A stretch of DNA of 64,000 bases from Neodothiora populina (Eukaryota). The DNA is taken from assembly GCF_041146345.1 (NCBI RefSeq), contig NW_027191413.1, positions 496,001-560,000 on the forward strand, given 5' to 3'. The notes beneath the pieces were generated by a model, which did not search any database, was not told where the DNA came from, and saw only the letters and a program-made list of their open reading frames with translations. The translations under genes were made by a program, and so were the position numbers. The first letter of the stretch is position 1. Every line of letters starts with the position of its first letter. Positions 49,948 to 62,398 of the stretch are shown here, piece by piece.

Positions 49948-51986
49948 GATGGGCCGAGTATTGTCAGTATGCAGTTGATTGCACGGCTACAGACAGCGTG
50001 TGGACAATAGAGGATGGTCAATTTGTGACCATGAGGTCGCCTCAGAGGCTCCTTTTGTCCCCAATATCCTGGTTAATTAGTTTATAATAGATTTCGCAAG
50101 CAATTGGTCGGGCGATAAGAATGAACGAGAGACAGCCACGGATGCGATACTGGGAGTAGAATCAAGGAAAGAAAAAAGGTGCGGTATGTCGTTGGTCAAA
50201 TGGGTCACACTGGACGGTTGGATGCAAGTCGATATGTTGGAAAGCTAGGAAAGGACGCCTTGGGAGCGCCTACAGCCGATTGCTGAGACTGTGTGATCCG
50301 TGCGGCCGTAGTAGTGTCGAGAGCGAGGATCCTTGTCTTGTCGTCCTCGTATTTGGTCTAGTCCAGATGCGACTCTCGTGTCTGCTTCCGTTCCCTTAAT
50401 AAATGTTAGGTTTGTGCCAAGCTCACGCGCCGTCCACGATCAACTTGCACGCTGTTTGTGGGATTTTCGACGCGATGTGTGAACGGATCATGTGCTTGTA
50501 TGCTTTGGAAAGGGAAGAAGAACTAAAAGGGAAGAAGGTGTTGTGATTCCGGTGAGGGGTCGCCAATTTGGCACGTTCTCTCGTTCAGACAATGAATAGG
50601 TTGGGTTACAAAGACAAGTTACAGTCCAGTATTATTGTAGCCTCGTCCCGTCTGACATTTGCCCTGCCCTGCTCTGCCGTACACTGTATGGTACTCTTCC
50701 TCAAACGACAAAAAGACTTGGCTTGTTCTGGTTTCGCTTTGTCCCAATTACAGGCACGCTAAACCAATGAGGGGCGTTACTGCGCTGCTCGTCACCTTGG
50801 TTCCCATACGCCCGTTTTTCGCCTTTCGAAATGCTTTTTTCTGTTATTCATTTCTAACAATAGCTCTTTCCTAGTCAGGTTCGGATCATCATCATCATCA
50901 GCAATAGTAAGGTAAGATGTTGTGTGAAAGACATCATCCCGCCCTTCGAGTCATCATCACAGTGATATGTCAAAGGTCAGATTCAAGCGATATTACAGTT
51001 TTCATGCATAGTCTTGCTGATCTACAGAAGACAATCTTGTAAGCGTGGAACGCTTCGACAATCGTCTGCATATGATCGTAAAGCAATTAGGCAGTGTGCC
51101 GCATTTTACTGTTACAGCAATATGAAGTGAACGCTGCATAGTACTGCAATATACGCCCGAGTGACCAAACTCCTCGGCATCTCGCAACAAAGGACCGCCG
51201 TGCTGTTCTGGGCGAAGATCATAAACAGCCGAGACGCCTTCCATTGTTCTTGGTCGACGCGCTCTTCGAAATTGGGGCTTGCCCACCGAATCATGACAAA
51301 GGCCGTCCGGGTGGCATGGGGTGAAAGGGCCGCAATACGATCACGTCCGACAGCCCACTGCCTTCTATTTTGGCGTGCTTACGACAGCAAATCATCTAAG
51401 CACTGAGGTTTGTGCGACTCCGTGCGTGCGCAAGCGATACTACGTCAACGTTCGTGATCGGTTGCCTGCATGCGACAAAATTACAGGATCTGCCCGTTGT
51501 TTGTTTCTGGGCGGGAAGCATGGACTGTATACCTTTCGTTTGCTTATACTTGCATTTGATCACCGGTACATGAGTCAATAATCATCTAGTACCATATGTT
51601 ATAATACACAAAAATGGTTATAGTCATCAGAAAGTGGGTTTTGTTGTGTATGTTTTGTAGAAGAGTCTTCCAAAGAAGATCGTCTGACATGTATGTATGC
51701 AAATCAAATCCACCAAAGTTTCCTTCACCAAACGTAGTTTCAAGAATCGAAGAAAGTCCATCATCAGATAAAGAAGAGAAACGAACACCGCGAATCACCT
51801 TTTTTGCAGGCCTGCCTGTCTCCCTTGCTGTTCTTGCCCTTGCCTGGTTTTTTCTTTCTGTTCCCCGTCGTAATGAATATCATGCAAAGCACCGGACTCG
51901 CGGCGCTAGCGAAAAAAGATAAGAAATGGTTTCGCCGTGAAATGGCATGTTATGCTTTCCTGAAGCACCTTTCGCGTTTCTCAAGT

Positions 51987-52886
51987 TTACTCCCAGGTCC
52001 AGCTCATGCCGCTGACACGGCCATCACCATTAGCGGTGACGGTGTTGAAGAAATCCTCGCTCAGGTCAAGGTCGGCGGTTTTGCATCCAGTGCAACGATC
52101 GACAACCTTGGCTCTGTGCTGGTTTCCATCCTTGCCGGTGATTGAGACATAACGACCACAGAGAGGGTTGAGGTTAGGGTTCGCGGTCTTGTACTCTGGA
52201 GCATCGAAGATTTCCTCAGAGATAGCGACGATGAGGTCGGAGGCGACATTGACCTCGCCACATGCGCCACTGCCAACTTGATACCATGTAAGATCTCCGG
52301 TGTAAGAAGTGCCTGATGCAGCGAGGCCGGAGCCAGAGCCAGAAGATGAAGTGGAAGTTGCTGCAGGGGCGCTGCTGCTGGAAGAAGGAGCAACGTAAGT
52401 CGAGGTAGGGACCTCGGTTGTTGTGGGCGCAACATAGACGGAAATTGAGCTAGTGGTAGGGGCGACAGAGACTGAGGAAGTAGTGGGTGCGACGTAGACA
52501 GATGAAGTGGTAGGAGCAACATAGACCGAAGACGTGGTGGGTGCAACGTAGACAGAAGAGCTAGGCTCAACATAGACCCATGAAGAAGTGGGTGCAACAT
52601 GAACAGAGGTGCTCGAGATGGTAGGAGCAACATAGACGGAACTGAAGCTAGAGCTGGTGCTCTCCGGAGCGACATAGACAGAAGAGCTCGATGCTGCCTC
52701 AGTCTCGGAAGACACAGTGACAGTGTGAGTGGGCCTGTAGGCCTCGCCAGCCCCAACCCAGACGGTCTTGGTCATGGGAATGGTGACAATGTCAACAGCA
52801 GTGTGGGTGACCCAGACAATGTCGATCGGCGCAGCAGCGGCAAAGGCTCCGAAGAGCGATGCAGCAAGGATTCCGCAAGACTTCAT
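51987..52886 (-). CDS. Secreted RlpA/DPBB expansin-like protein (Asp f 7-like) with Ser/Thr repeat stalk
   Basis: Signal peptide; YTGDLTWYQVGSGACG, NPNLNPLCG, VVDRCTGC and DLDLS motifs. Confidence 0.92.
   Translation of the reverse strand: MKSCGILAASLFGAFAAAAPIDIVWVTHTAVDIVTIPMTKTVWVGAGEAYRPTHTVTVSSETEAASSSSVYVAPESTSSSFSSVYVAPTISSTSVHVAPTSSWVYVEPSSSVYVAPTTSSVYVAPTTSSVYVAPTTSSVSVAPTTSSISVYVAPTTTEVPTSTYVAPSSSSSAPAATSTSSSGSGSGLAASGTSYTGDLTWYQVGSGACGEVNVASDLIVAISEEIFDAPEYKTANPNLNPLCGRYVSITGKDGNQHRAKVVDRCTGCKTADLDLSEDFFNTVTANGDGRVSGMSWTWE
52420..52690 (-). repeat. Intragenic tandem repeat of about 27 nt (SSVYVAPTT unit)
   Basis: About ten imperfect copies of V[YH]VAP in the translation. Confidence 0.85.
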
Positions 52887-54872
52887 GATGAAGATTTTTG
52901 TTTTTCTGGTTAAGTAGCTGAGAGAATGAAGCTACGCTTGTCAAGCTATAATGATCGGATGAATCTGACTAGCAGTTTCGATTGTTGACAACGAGTGATT
53001 TCGTGGAACAACGATTTGAGTAGAGGGAATGTGTATAGGAATGCTAGATCCCTAGAACGATGGAATGAGTGGATGGGAGAATGTAATGAATGTGAGCTAG
53101 ACGAGCGATTGACCTCAAACCTGTGAGTGATGAGGAGAGAGAAGTGAACTTTTAGGCGGAGACCAGGACTCTTTGTAGGTTCTGCGGGCAGGCCCGAGGG
53201 TGCGGCTGTGGAGATGTCTGGATCAGCGACCATCAGAGCCCGGTAGTGTTCCCGATGCCAACGCAAATGTAAGCCCCTACTAGCGTACGCCAATGGACGC
53301 CCCTGGCAGGTCTGTACTGTATAGACAAGGTACCATATGGATACCCTCACGGGTAGCGGAGCCACGTTCTCCACATGCTAGGCTAAAAATCCTGTAGAAA
53401 CCGTTGGCCAACACGCGATTGGTAGAGAAGAATTTGTGACTCTTCGATCACAGATTGGTCTCTCACGCATCCCAAGCACGCACACGAAACAGCTCCTTCG
53501 TGATATCACGACGCTGTGTGACATTGCGAGATGCGGGCATCACCGAACGACTGCGCTTTGTTGATCTCTCGGCGTGATATAAATAATTGTGAAGGACTGT
53601 TGGCCATTTGGTGTTTCCGCATTTTGCTCCAAGAATTTAGCTTCTGATATTTGCTTAGCCACAGAACGCGAGATCGCGCGCTCCCAAAGACATGATTGGC
53701 CGGGCAATCAGGAACAGGGTTAGTGTCAGGGGGCGGCTTACGGCTCGTGTTGACCATGACCCACATAAACACCAGCACATCGTTAGCTTATCGATTGCCC
53801 AGTGTGCCTTCTAACGACGAAAAGTGAAGTTCGTGCTCCGTTACAGCGTTGCCCCTCTGTTTCCGAGACCCCCAAAGCTGCAAGGGGGCAGTATCATCCA
53901 AGGCGAAGAGAGTAATGCGATGTGCAAAGCCTCGCTGTGCGCATCATTTTAGTCTGGCTCGACCAGGTGGGGAAAGCGTCGTCGCTTTGGCAATCTGAGC
54001 CGGCTTCATGTCCCGCGGCAGCCTCCGCCCATGTAAAGCTTCCATGCAGTCTTGGCCGTCTGGAAAGATGTGATAGGGCGCAAGTAGCGTGCCTGCGCCG
54101 TAGATGCAGTACCTAAGGAAAGGTAGTCTTGAAGAGCCTTCATGCATGCAAGAAAAAAGAAAAAGTGGATGCGACCAGTCAGAACTATCATCGCACAAGT
54201 CATTTCGTCTCCACCTTGGTGAATAGCGTGGAATATTCAACAGCGAGAACGTGAAGGACACCTAGGATAGTTTGCAGGGTACTTCACTCGTGCACAACTG
54301 ACCTGAGCCGGCGTCCTTCGACCGGCCACCAGCTGCGCCGAAATGCATGAAAGGTTAGAATTCATCTAGTCTGGATGTCGTGATTGTGTACAAGGATGCC
54401 AGTGTTAGATGGAGAAGGTACTGGACTGCATGTACTGTGCGGAAAGCGTTACCGTCTACCCAACCATACATCCTGGCTAGACGGGTGTACCTTCTCAGCA
54501 GAGTCCAGATCGAGGGATTGCCTGTGGAAAGATGCAGTCTCTCAACTACCTTAGGTAAGTCCATACCAGGGCTCACGTCATTGACCTCAGTGCATCATTC
54601 ATTGTCCTTAGCCAAATGCTCTCTCTGCAGTGGAACGTTTTCTGTTCAACCTCGACTGTCCCCGTTGGTCACGGTGGGTTGGGTGATACGTTGAAGTGAT
54701 ATCTGCCTTACAGAGCACTGGCTTGTTGCACAACCACGCGGCAGTATGCTGGATATGAACCATGGCCATAAGCATCTGTGATAGTCATGGCTCTTAGACG
54801 GGCTACCATCCTAGCATGTCGGTGGCTGAATTCCGGCGGTGGTACAAAGTACACGATTCAACTTTTGCAAAA

Positions 54873-57328
54873 TCATGCATACCTTCTGGATAGACTCAGA
54901 CGTCCAATGGTACCTTCCCCACCAGTCGTCGCGAAGACTACGTGAGCAACGTCTTGCTCCATGTCAGAATCTCCGATCTTGACCCGAACATCCTTGAGCA
55001 ATCGGGCCCGCTCCATTGCACCCAATGCTGCTCCACCGGGTGGCAACTTTATGTACGGGTTATCGTAGGTCAAGCTCGCCACGAATCCCATCATGTCTGG
55101 TGCCAGACACTTGTACTTAAGCACTGTACCTGCGAAACCGATGCATAGCAGAACAACAGCCGACGACAATAGTAGTCCCAGCCACAGAAAGTTGCAGGCA
55201 TATGCAATCGATGTTGTCACTACCAAAGCTGTAGCATTTATCGCCAGGAATGGAGCAACCTCATCACGGAACTGAAGCGGGTATGGAACCGTATAGTCGA
55301 GACTCCAAGCGCTATCGTCTGGTTCAGGTAAAGTCTCGACAACACTCATAGGCGACAGCGATAGCTGATAGTATGTGTTGATCAACAATGCGAGTTTGCT
55401 CGCGAACTTCTCTGCTGAGACAGTAGTGATATCTGGGATACCTGAACTGTTCTATACGAATGGAGTATCTACGCCTCGAATAAACAGCTCAGATGGCGAC
55501 GGATCGGCGTCATGCAAGCTGCCTGTCGCGACCGGGAGGTCTTTGCAGAGTTTGTAACTAATCGTTGAAAGGTCGAGTGGCGTTAGATTCTGGTTCCTGT
55601 TGGCAAATTGTACAGAAGGTCGAATTGCAAATCGCCCCACATGCTTTGCTATCACATTGCACCTTTACCTCCACGAATTCTGACCATATGCTGCAGTTGC
55701 GATAGAATACTTGATACCCGGCTTTATAGTTCGGAGCATAGTATTCATTCCCGAACAGTATGTTGCGGCGCTCTTGAAGCAGCGGGTTCTTACGACTCGT
55801 GGTATTTTGATCAGCATAAGCAGAAATGATGCGCTCCCCATCTCTATCAAAAGGCGTGTTGGTGTCCAGGAAGAACGAGGTCTGTTGCTTAGTTTCTCTG
55901 TTGTGAAACACTGCCGATCCGTTCGTGGGTGCCCATATCTGGCCTAGATAGCGAGTCCATTCTCCGTGTGGTGACGCAATATATGCGTTTGGGGCACACG
56001 CTAAATTCATGTACGAGTACTCCACAGCAGAAGTCTTCAGTGTGCTTGCTTTCGTCGATAGTCCCGATATTGGTAGCCCAGCGAGCGTCGTAAAATCGTT
56101 TGGTGAGGTCACATCAAGTACAGGAATCCAACCATTTGCGGATTTGGTGATGTTCCTGACTGTATTGAGTCGTGGTATTCTGACATTGCCCCAAGTATCC
56201 TGAGTGGAGCTTTTGACCGATGGGGGCGCAAGTAGACTGGCACTATAGAGTGAGTTGACCACACTCAGCGCACTTCCCGGATCTCCTGTCGTCAGCATTC
56301 CGGCGTTTGTCTGATCTATGTTCATAGCAATAGTCGGCATATACTTGATTGGGCTTGTCGAGTTCGTCGAGATCTGAGCCGTGTGTAGTAGACGCAATGA
56401 AGCTTGACCACCCAAAGGTGATAGAGTCCACAGTATGACAAGGTGGGCTCCAACGACAGTGAAGCGGCGTAAGAGTACTTGGCTCTCCACTGTGCCCCAG
56501 ACAGTCTGACTTGCCATGAGAAGCTCGAGGATCTGTGCCACTCAAGTTATTAGTTCACTTCGCTTCATGAAGACGTCTGCAGGTTGCAACAGCAATCACT
56601 GAAAGCTAGGATACACTTTGGGTAAAAGCGTAGCCTGCAAGCAATCATCCTGTGGTAACTTTCTCGTCGATTGCTGGACGTTGTGGCTGGAATACATGCA
56701 GGGCCTCTCGTACACTAATCTTCATGCCACGCTCAGCACAAAACCTAGCGATGGCTTTGAGTGATCTGTCCGCGACGGCTGTAAACATGATCGGAAACAT
56801 GGTCGGACCCTGTGAATTGTAAGTTGAAGATACCTAGCTTGGATATGGTGAAATGCACTAGATCGCACATCTGGACAACCCTCTCGCCCAGCTTATTGTC
56901 AAGTTTGGATTGACCATGTAGTTTAGCAGCAAGCACAGCCAGGACTGATGATGTTAACAGATCGAACTTTACCATACATAGCGCGCAGTCCTACCTATGA
57001 AGTACACAGGCGCAATGCTGATTATGCAGTCAATCGCTGTGAAGGGAGATTTCCACATAATGCTTTCCCTAAGCTGCTGAGGTCTCATAGGCCAGCCCTC
57101 GATATACGGACGATTCTCCTCCTCGCGCACCATGACCGGTGATTTGAGGCCATGCCGGCCATGCATCGAGGCTTCGAGATTCGATTGTTGCGGACTGTTC
57201 TCGGTCCCATCATTGAGATCATGGGTCTCTTCGAGAAGTGGACTTTCACTGTATGGCGGTAAGCCTGATACATGCGAATTCATCTCACCATGTCTGTGGG
57301 CTGAAGAGGGGCGCGGGATACTGGTCAT
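54873..57328 (-). pseudogene. Disrupted multi-TM fungal membrane protein gene (frameshift near 55630, in-frame TAG at 55452-55454)
   Basis: Spliced 5' exons give GPTMFPIMF...ILELLMASQTVWG...WTLSPLGGQASLR...DTWGNVRIP; frame changes after CDSKACGAI; TAG interrupts TPFV*NSSGIPD...LLINTYY; C-terminus PDMMGFVASLTYDNPY...ERARLLKDVRVKIGD. Confidence 0.72.
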
Positions 57329-58028
57329 TGATATGATCTTGAGCTTTTGCTTGAAATGTAAAGAGAAGAAGGGGGTATCGCATGTCTAGACATAGTCTTG
57401 AACCAACCTATTATATCATGTATGAACCCAGTGCTATGGATAGTTCATACCCATCATCACAACAGAGACATCAAGTCATGCTTGAGGCTATCTTATCGCG
57501 AAGTAAGCTGCATGTGGTTGGTCAAAAAGTTCCTTTCTGCAGACAGGTTAGGCGCCTGGTAACATATAGCTCGTTACGCGCCGCAAATTCTATGACCTGC
57601 AACAAATCTGCATTAATGCACCACGATTCGGGCTAGAAGAAGATAGAGTGCGCGGTTGTTGTGGGCTGTGGTGTACTGTAACCGCCGAGGTGTCCGACTA
57701 CCGCCGCCACTAATCTCGAGGACAAACTGGCGACCTTACTTAGGTAGACTCGACGTGCGTTGCTAAACATCGCCAGCTGAAGTTTTCCGGTCAGTATGGC
57801 CTGCACACTTCGAGTCAACTGAACCAAAGTCAAGGACGGCATGATACAGGGGTTGAGGTCGTCATTTGTAGCTCCGCTTACGTACAAGAGCTCGGTCGGG
57901 TGTGGCTTCTCTTTCTGTACGGCCTGCCTTGCTTGGATAAGATAGCCTTTCAGCGATCGACTGTAAGTACAACACTGCAGATAATGACGGCAGGATGAAG
58001 TCTTCCTTCCAAGTCGTACAAATGCTCG

Positions 58029-58044
58029 TCGAAGACGTCTTCGA
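58029..58044. promoter_or_regulatory. Perfect 16-bp palindrome about 60 nt upstream of the SDR-deacetylase ATG
   Basis: TCGAAGACGTCTTCGA. Confidence 0.4.
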
Positions 58045-58103
58045 ACTAACACCCCCTTGATTTCTCATACTTGTAGATGTGCTGTTAATAGAAGTGGTAT
58101 ATC

Positions 58104-59956
58104 ATGTCTTTCCTTGGTATTGAAGGCCTTCATGCATTCGTCACCGGAGCCGCAGGTGGCATTGGACAAGCTATCGTGGAAGAGCTTCTTGGTACGATTG
58201 ATGACAGATGGAAGAGTGTGGCTACTACCTCCTAACATACTGAATAGCTGCTGGCTGTAAAGTAACGGCTTTGGACCTCAAACCAAGTCCATTACCCACT
58301 TCCGCCAGACTGTTCGCAATTGAAGGCGACATAACAGATGAAGCATCAATATCGTCATGCCTCACCAAGGCCCGTGAGCACTTTGGACCTATACACATTC
58401 TCTCAGCCAATGCTGGAATCACGAATGAGGCCAGTCACCCAAATATATGGGAGATGCCTCTGGAGACTTGGGATAGTGTATATCGCGTGAATGTTCGTGG
58501 CACCTTTTTGACCATTAAGCACTTTCTGCTATCTGCGAAAAGTTCTCAAGAGGAGCTTAAGAAGGAGCTTGACAATCTTGCGATTGTGGTTACTGGCAGC
58601 GAGTGCGGTAAGTTCGGTCAAGCAGGCCATTCGGAGTACGCGTCGGGCAAGGCCGGTCTACAATATGGACTTGTGATGACGGTGAAGAACGAGATCGTGC
58701 GATTAAACTCAAAGGGAAGAATCAACGCTGTTGCTCCCGGGTGGGTAGATACTCCTTTGATCGGAGATCGTCTTGATGACCCTCGCGAGCTTTACATGGA
58801 GAGCCAGGGAACGGTCGCATTGAGGAAAATAGCCAAACCGAGAGATGTTGCCAAAGCCGTTACTTTTCTTGCGAGCTACCAGTCAGCAGGTCATGTCTCT
58901 GGTCAGTGTCTAAGTGTGGACGGAGGTATGGAAGGACGGATTGTATGGAGGGAAGAGGAGGTCCTCTCAGGAAAAACGGGATCAACTATGCACTCTACGT
59001 CCATACCACCGCGGATGACAAAGCCCAAAGCCAAACAGACCATCAAGATCGCTCTGTCCATCGACTTCGACGCAGTCTCAGGATGGCTAGGCACTGGCTG
59101 CCACCCAGACAACAGCACATTCGACTACTCAGCCGGCTACTTCTCCGCCAACGTAGGCGTACCTCGCCTGCTCAAAGTCTTCAAAAGACTCGGCATCTCC
59201 AACAAAGTGACCTGGGCGATCCCGGGCCACTCAATGGAGACATTCCCGCAACAAACCCAAGCAATCATCGACTCGGGCTGCGAGATTGCGCTTCACGGCT
59301 ACAGCCACGAGAGCGCATCGCAACTAAGCGCAGAGCAAGAACGGGACGTGCTGACGAAATGCATCGACCTTGCCACGAGACTCACAGGCAAGAAACCGCG
59401 AGGCTATCGCGCGCCGCTCTACCAACTCAAAGAGCGCACCATTTCTCTTCTCCAAGAACATGGTTTCCTCTGGGACTCGTCGCTATCGCACTACGACAGC
59501 GAGCCGTACTTCCTGCCCAAAGACCCAGCCCCGATCGAACCCATTGACTTTACTCCGTCCAAAAAGGCGGCCTCGTGGATGCACCCGTCTCCCAACTTCG
59601 ACGACCTCGAAAAGTCGGCCCTGGTGGAACTACCCTGCAATTGGTACATGGAAGACATGACGCCCCTGCAGTTCTTCCCCAACGTGCCTAATTCGGGAGG
59701 ATACACGGACGTGCGCGTGGTCGAGCAAATGTGGACGGACAGGTTCCACTGGCTGAGACGAGAGATCGAAGAGGAAGACAGGCGGGAAATGGCGGTCTTC
59801 GCGCTGTGTTTGCATCCGGATACGAGCGGCATGGCGCATATCGTGGGAATGATCGAGAGGTTCCTGGGCTGGTTGCAGGGGTTTGGTCCGGATGTTGTCG
59901 AGTTTATGACTTATGAGCAGATTGCTACGGAGTGGGTTGAGGGACAGAAGCAGTAG
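58104..59956 (+). CDS. Fusion of a short-chain dehydrogenase/reductase and a CE4 polysaccharide-deacetylase domain (PuuE/HpPgdA-like); exons 58104-58191 and 58248-59956
   Basis: TGAAGGIG, NAG, YASGK and VDGG (SDR), then IDFD, HGYSHE, GYRAP, DSS and LHP (CE4), in one uninterrupted frame. Confidence 0.9.
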
Positions 59957-60160
59957 CAGCAGTAGCAGCAGCAGTAGAAAGCATAGGTAGAAGTTCTGTT
60001 GTTTCATTCTCCGTTGCTCGTTTCTTGTTTTCTTGATCTCTCTGTGTGTCTTCAGCGACGAGAGAGCGTTATGTACAATGATCTATATGGGACACCACTT
60101 TCGATGTCCCTATGCTTGCATGAAGAATTTAACAAAGAACGAGGAACAGAACCATGCTTA

Positions 60161-62398
60161 TCACTCCGACTCGTCCTCGACGTCCTCCACATACGCCTGC
60201 CCCCTATTACCATTCTCGTGTCCGAGAGCATCAGGACCAGCAACCCCAGCAGCCTCAAACCCAGCCTCATCCGCTTGGTCAGCAGCAGCAGCCATAAGAC
60301 TATCCTGCAACTCGACCATTCTCTGCGTGCGGGCGATGATGACGTGTTCTTCGACGCCGCTTTCTCTGATACGTCGCTCGATCTCTTCTTCTGTCGGTTG
60401 CTGATTTGTTTCTGTTGCGCCAACAACTTCGCCGTCTGGGCCTGGTGTGGTGTTGTCGGCGTTGTCGTTGGGGTTGCGGCCGGCGTGGAACCATGGGAAG
60501 AGGTCGTTGAAGAAGGCGTACAGTCGGTGCAGTTCGCGGAGGTTCTCTGCTGGCGTGCCTAATTGGCCTGTGCCGTTTTCTGTCGCTGCTGAGCGGGAAG
60601 CTCCTCGAGATGAAGGGGCGGGTTTGTACGAAGGCAGATCGTCCTCCGGGGGAAGTGGGTCGGAGGACGAGGTCACTTTCGCAGTGATGGATCGAGGGAG
60701 GTTGGAGATCAGTGCTGGAGTGTCCGAGAGCAAGACGTGGCGGGCTTCGTCGAGGGTGATGGGCTTGTCTACGACTGGGGGGTCGGGCACGGAAGTGCTG
60801 ATGGCCGAGGAGACTTCGGCGAGCAGATTCGAGGCTTCGGGTGTGTTCCATAGGTCTTTGGCTCGTGTGGCGTAGAGTTCACTGTGTAGCTTCTCGCTGT
60901 CTGTACGTGGTTGCTTGCCCCATATCGCCGGGGGCGCGTCGATGCTCAGTTCTTGGAGAAGGCGTGCCACGACAAAAGGGAATTTGCTGACGCCCGTGAA
61001 GAGGGCTTGTTTTCCTTTGCTTTCTTGGTTCGTCTGCACCAGCGCTAGACCTTTGGACAGCTGGATGTTGCCAAGGGACTTCCATTTGTCGAGGAACAAA
61101 GTGGAGTTGGCAATGTCGAGGAAATTCTGTGGTGCTCTGGCGCGCATGGCGTACTGGTCGATTACCAATGCCATGCAGTAAGGGTCGTGATCTGGATCGA
61201 GTGAGAGCAACAGCTTTGACCATTCGTAAACAGTGCGCCAAGTGGATCGCATGCCCAGGTTCGAAATGTAGCGGCAGGCGGCGAGCCAGAACTCGCGGTT
61301 CTCCGGCCGACGAAAGTCCATCCTTGCTTTTCCTTGCGATAGGTTTGAGGCAAAGGTGGAATGCACAGCTCTGCCGAATGAGAAAAGGGCGCGTTCAAGC
61401 AAGTCTCCTGAGGTGGCATGGTCTCGTTCCTGCTTGGCGATCTCCGACACTTGCAGGAGGGTGCTGATATGATAGGGGTTGTATTGGAGCAGCTGAACCA
61501 TGCGATTCGGGTCCATGGACGCCACGCAAGTCTCGAATTCGCTCTGTACACCCTGGTATGGGCGGGTGTGGGTGTAGCGGTACTCGACAGTGCCGTCTTC
61601 TCGCTTTTCCACAACTTCCATCCCCAGCCCACCCGAGGTCGCAGCTGGCCACTCGTCCTTGCCTTGGATGAAAATGTTTCTCCTCAGACTCAGCGCGGCG
61701 AGGCCAGAAGTGCGACCAGGCTGACCCTGTCTCCCTCGTAAGGCAGCTGCAAGACCGGCGTTCTGTTGTCCTCCTCCTCCTCCTCTTCTCCTCCTTCCAC
61801 CAGCAGCATCGCCGTCATCGCCGTCTCTTTCCAGAGCAGCACGACCAAACAGGCGGCGCATCTCGTTGACAGCGTGAAGATGCGATGTGTCGATGGAGAG
61901 CAGGCGACAGGTCTCACTCACCGCTGGGTCGATTGTGGCGGCGGAAGTGGCGCCCCCGTCTTTGGTGCCATTTGGAGCAGTAGAGAGAGCCTTTAGAGCC
62001 AGGTCAATCTCGTCGAGTGAGCCATCGGTGGACGGAGTCGGTGCGTCTTGCTTTGCTGCTGCTGCTGCTCTGGCCTTCTGCTTCTTCTTTTTCTTCTTCG
62101 GCTTTGATGATTTGGGAGCAGGGGATTGTTGTGTCTGGCCGTCGTCTTCGTCGTCGTCTGAGGGTTGTGTCTTGGGTTGCACAGCGGGCACGGCGTCTTC
62201 TGCGTCATCGTCGTCGTCGTCGTCGTCATCTTCGTCGCCCAACATGGCAAAGGCACCAAAGGCACTCTGTTTTAGGGCGGGAGCAGGCGTGTCATCCTCC
62301 TCGTTCTCTTCTTCACTTCCTTCTTCCTCTTGTAGTCTCCGTAGCTGTTCGCGCTCCTCTTGCTCACGCTGCGCTTTCCGTAGCGCTCTCGAGGACAT
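60161..62398 (-). CDS. RQC1: Ribosome quality control subunit Rqc1/TCF25
   Basis: MSSRALRK start; EMRRLFG, NPYHISTLLQVS, LLERALF, ENREFW and KLLLSLDP motifs. Confidence 0.92.
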   Translation of the reverse strand: MSSRALRKAQREQEEREQLRRLQEEEGSEEENEEDDTPAPALKQSAFGAFAMLGDEDDDDDDDDDAEDAVPAVQPKTQPSDDDEDDGQTQQSPAPKSSKPKKKKKKQKARAAAAAKQDAPTPSTDGSLDEIDLALKALSTAPNGTKDGGATSAATIDPAVSETCRLLSIDTSHLHAVNEMRRLFGRAALERDGDDGDAAGGRRRRGGGGGQQNAGLAAALRGRQGQPGRTSGLAALSLRRNIFIQGKDEWPAATSGGLGMEVVEKREDGTVEYRYTHTRPYQGVQSEFETCVASMDPNRMVQLLQYNPYHISTLLQVSEIAKQERDHATSGDLLERALFSFGRAVHSTFASNLSQGKARMDFRRPENREFWLAACRYISNLGMRSTWRTVYEWSKLLLSLDPDHDPYCMALVIDQYAMRARAPQNFLDIANSTLFLDKWKSLGNIQLSKGLALVQTNQESKGKQALFTGVSKFPFVVARLLQELSIDAPPAIWGKQPRTDSEKLHSELYATRAKDLWNTPEASNLLAEVSSAISTSVPDPPVVDKPITLDEARHVLLSDTPALISNLPRSITAKVTSSSDPLPPEDDLPSYKPAPSSRGASRSAATENGTGQLGTPAENLRELHRLYAFFNDLFPWFHAGRNPNDNADNTTPGPDGEVVGATETNQQPTEEEIERRIRESGVEEHVIIARTQRMVELQDSLMAAAADQADEAGFEAAGVAGPDALGHENGNRGQAYVEDVEDESE

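Noticed and set aside
53715..53723. CTAACCCTG on the minus strand as a telomerase template
   Set aside because: Isolated 8-9 nt match in a promoter with no surrounding structure; the other TTAGGG hits at about 49247 and 52174 lie inside CDSs
55452..55454. TAG as an A-to-I editing-corrected stop
   Set aside because: The upstream frameshift would still break the protein
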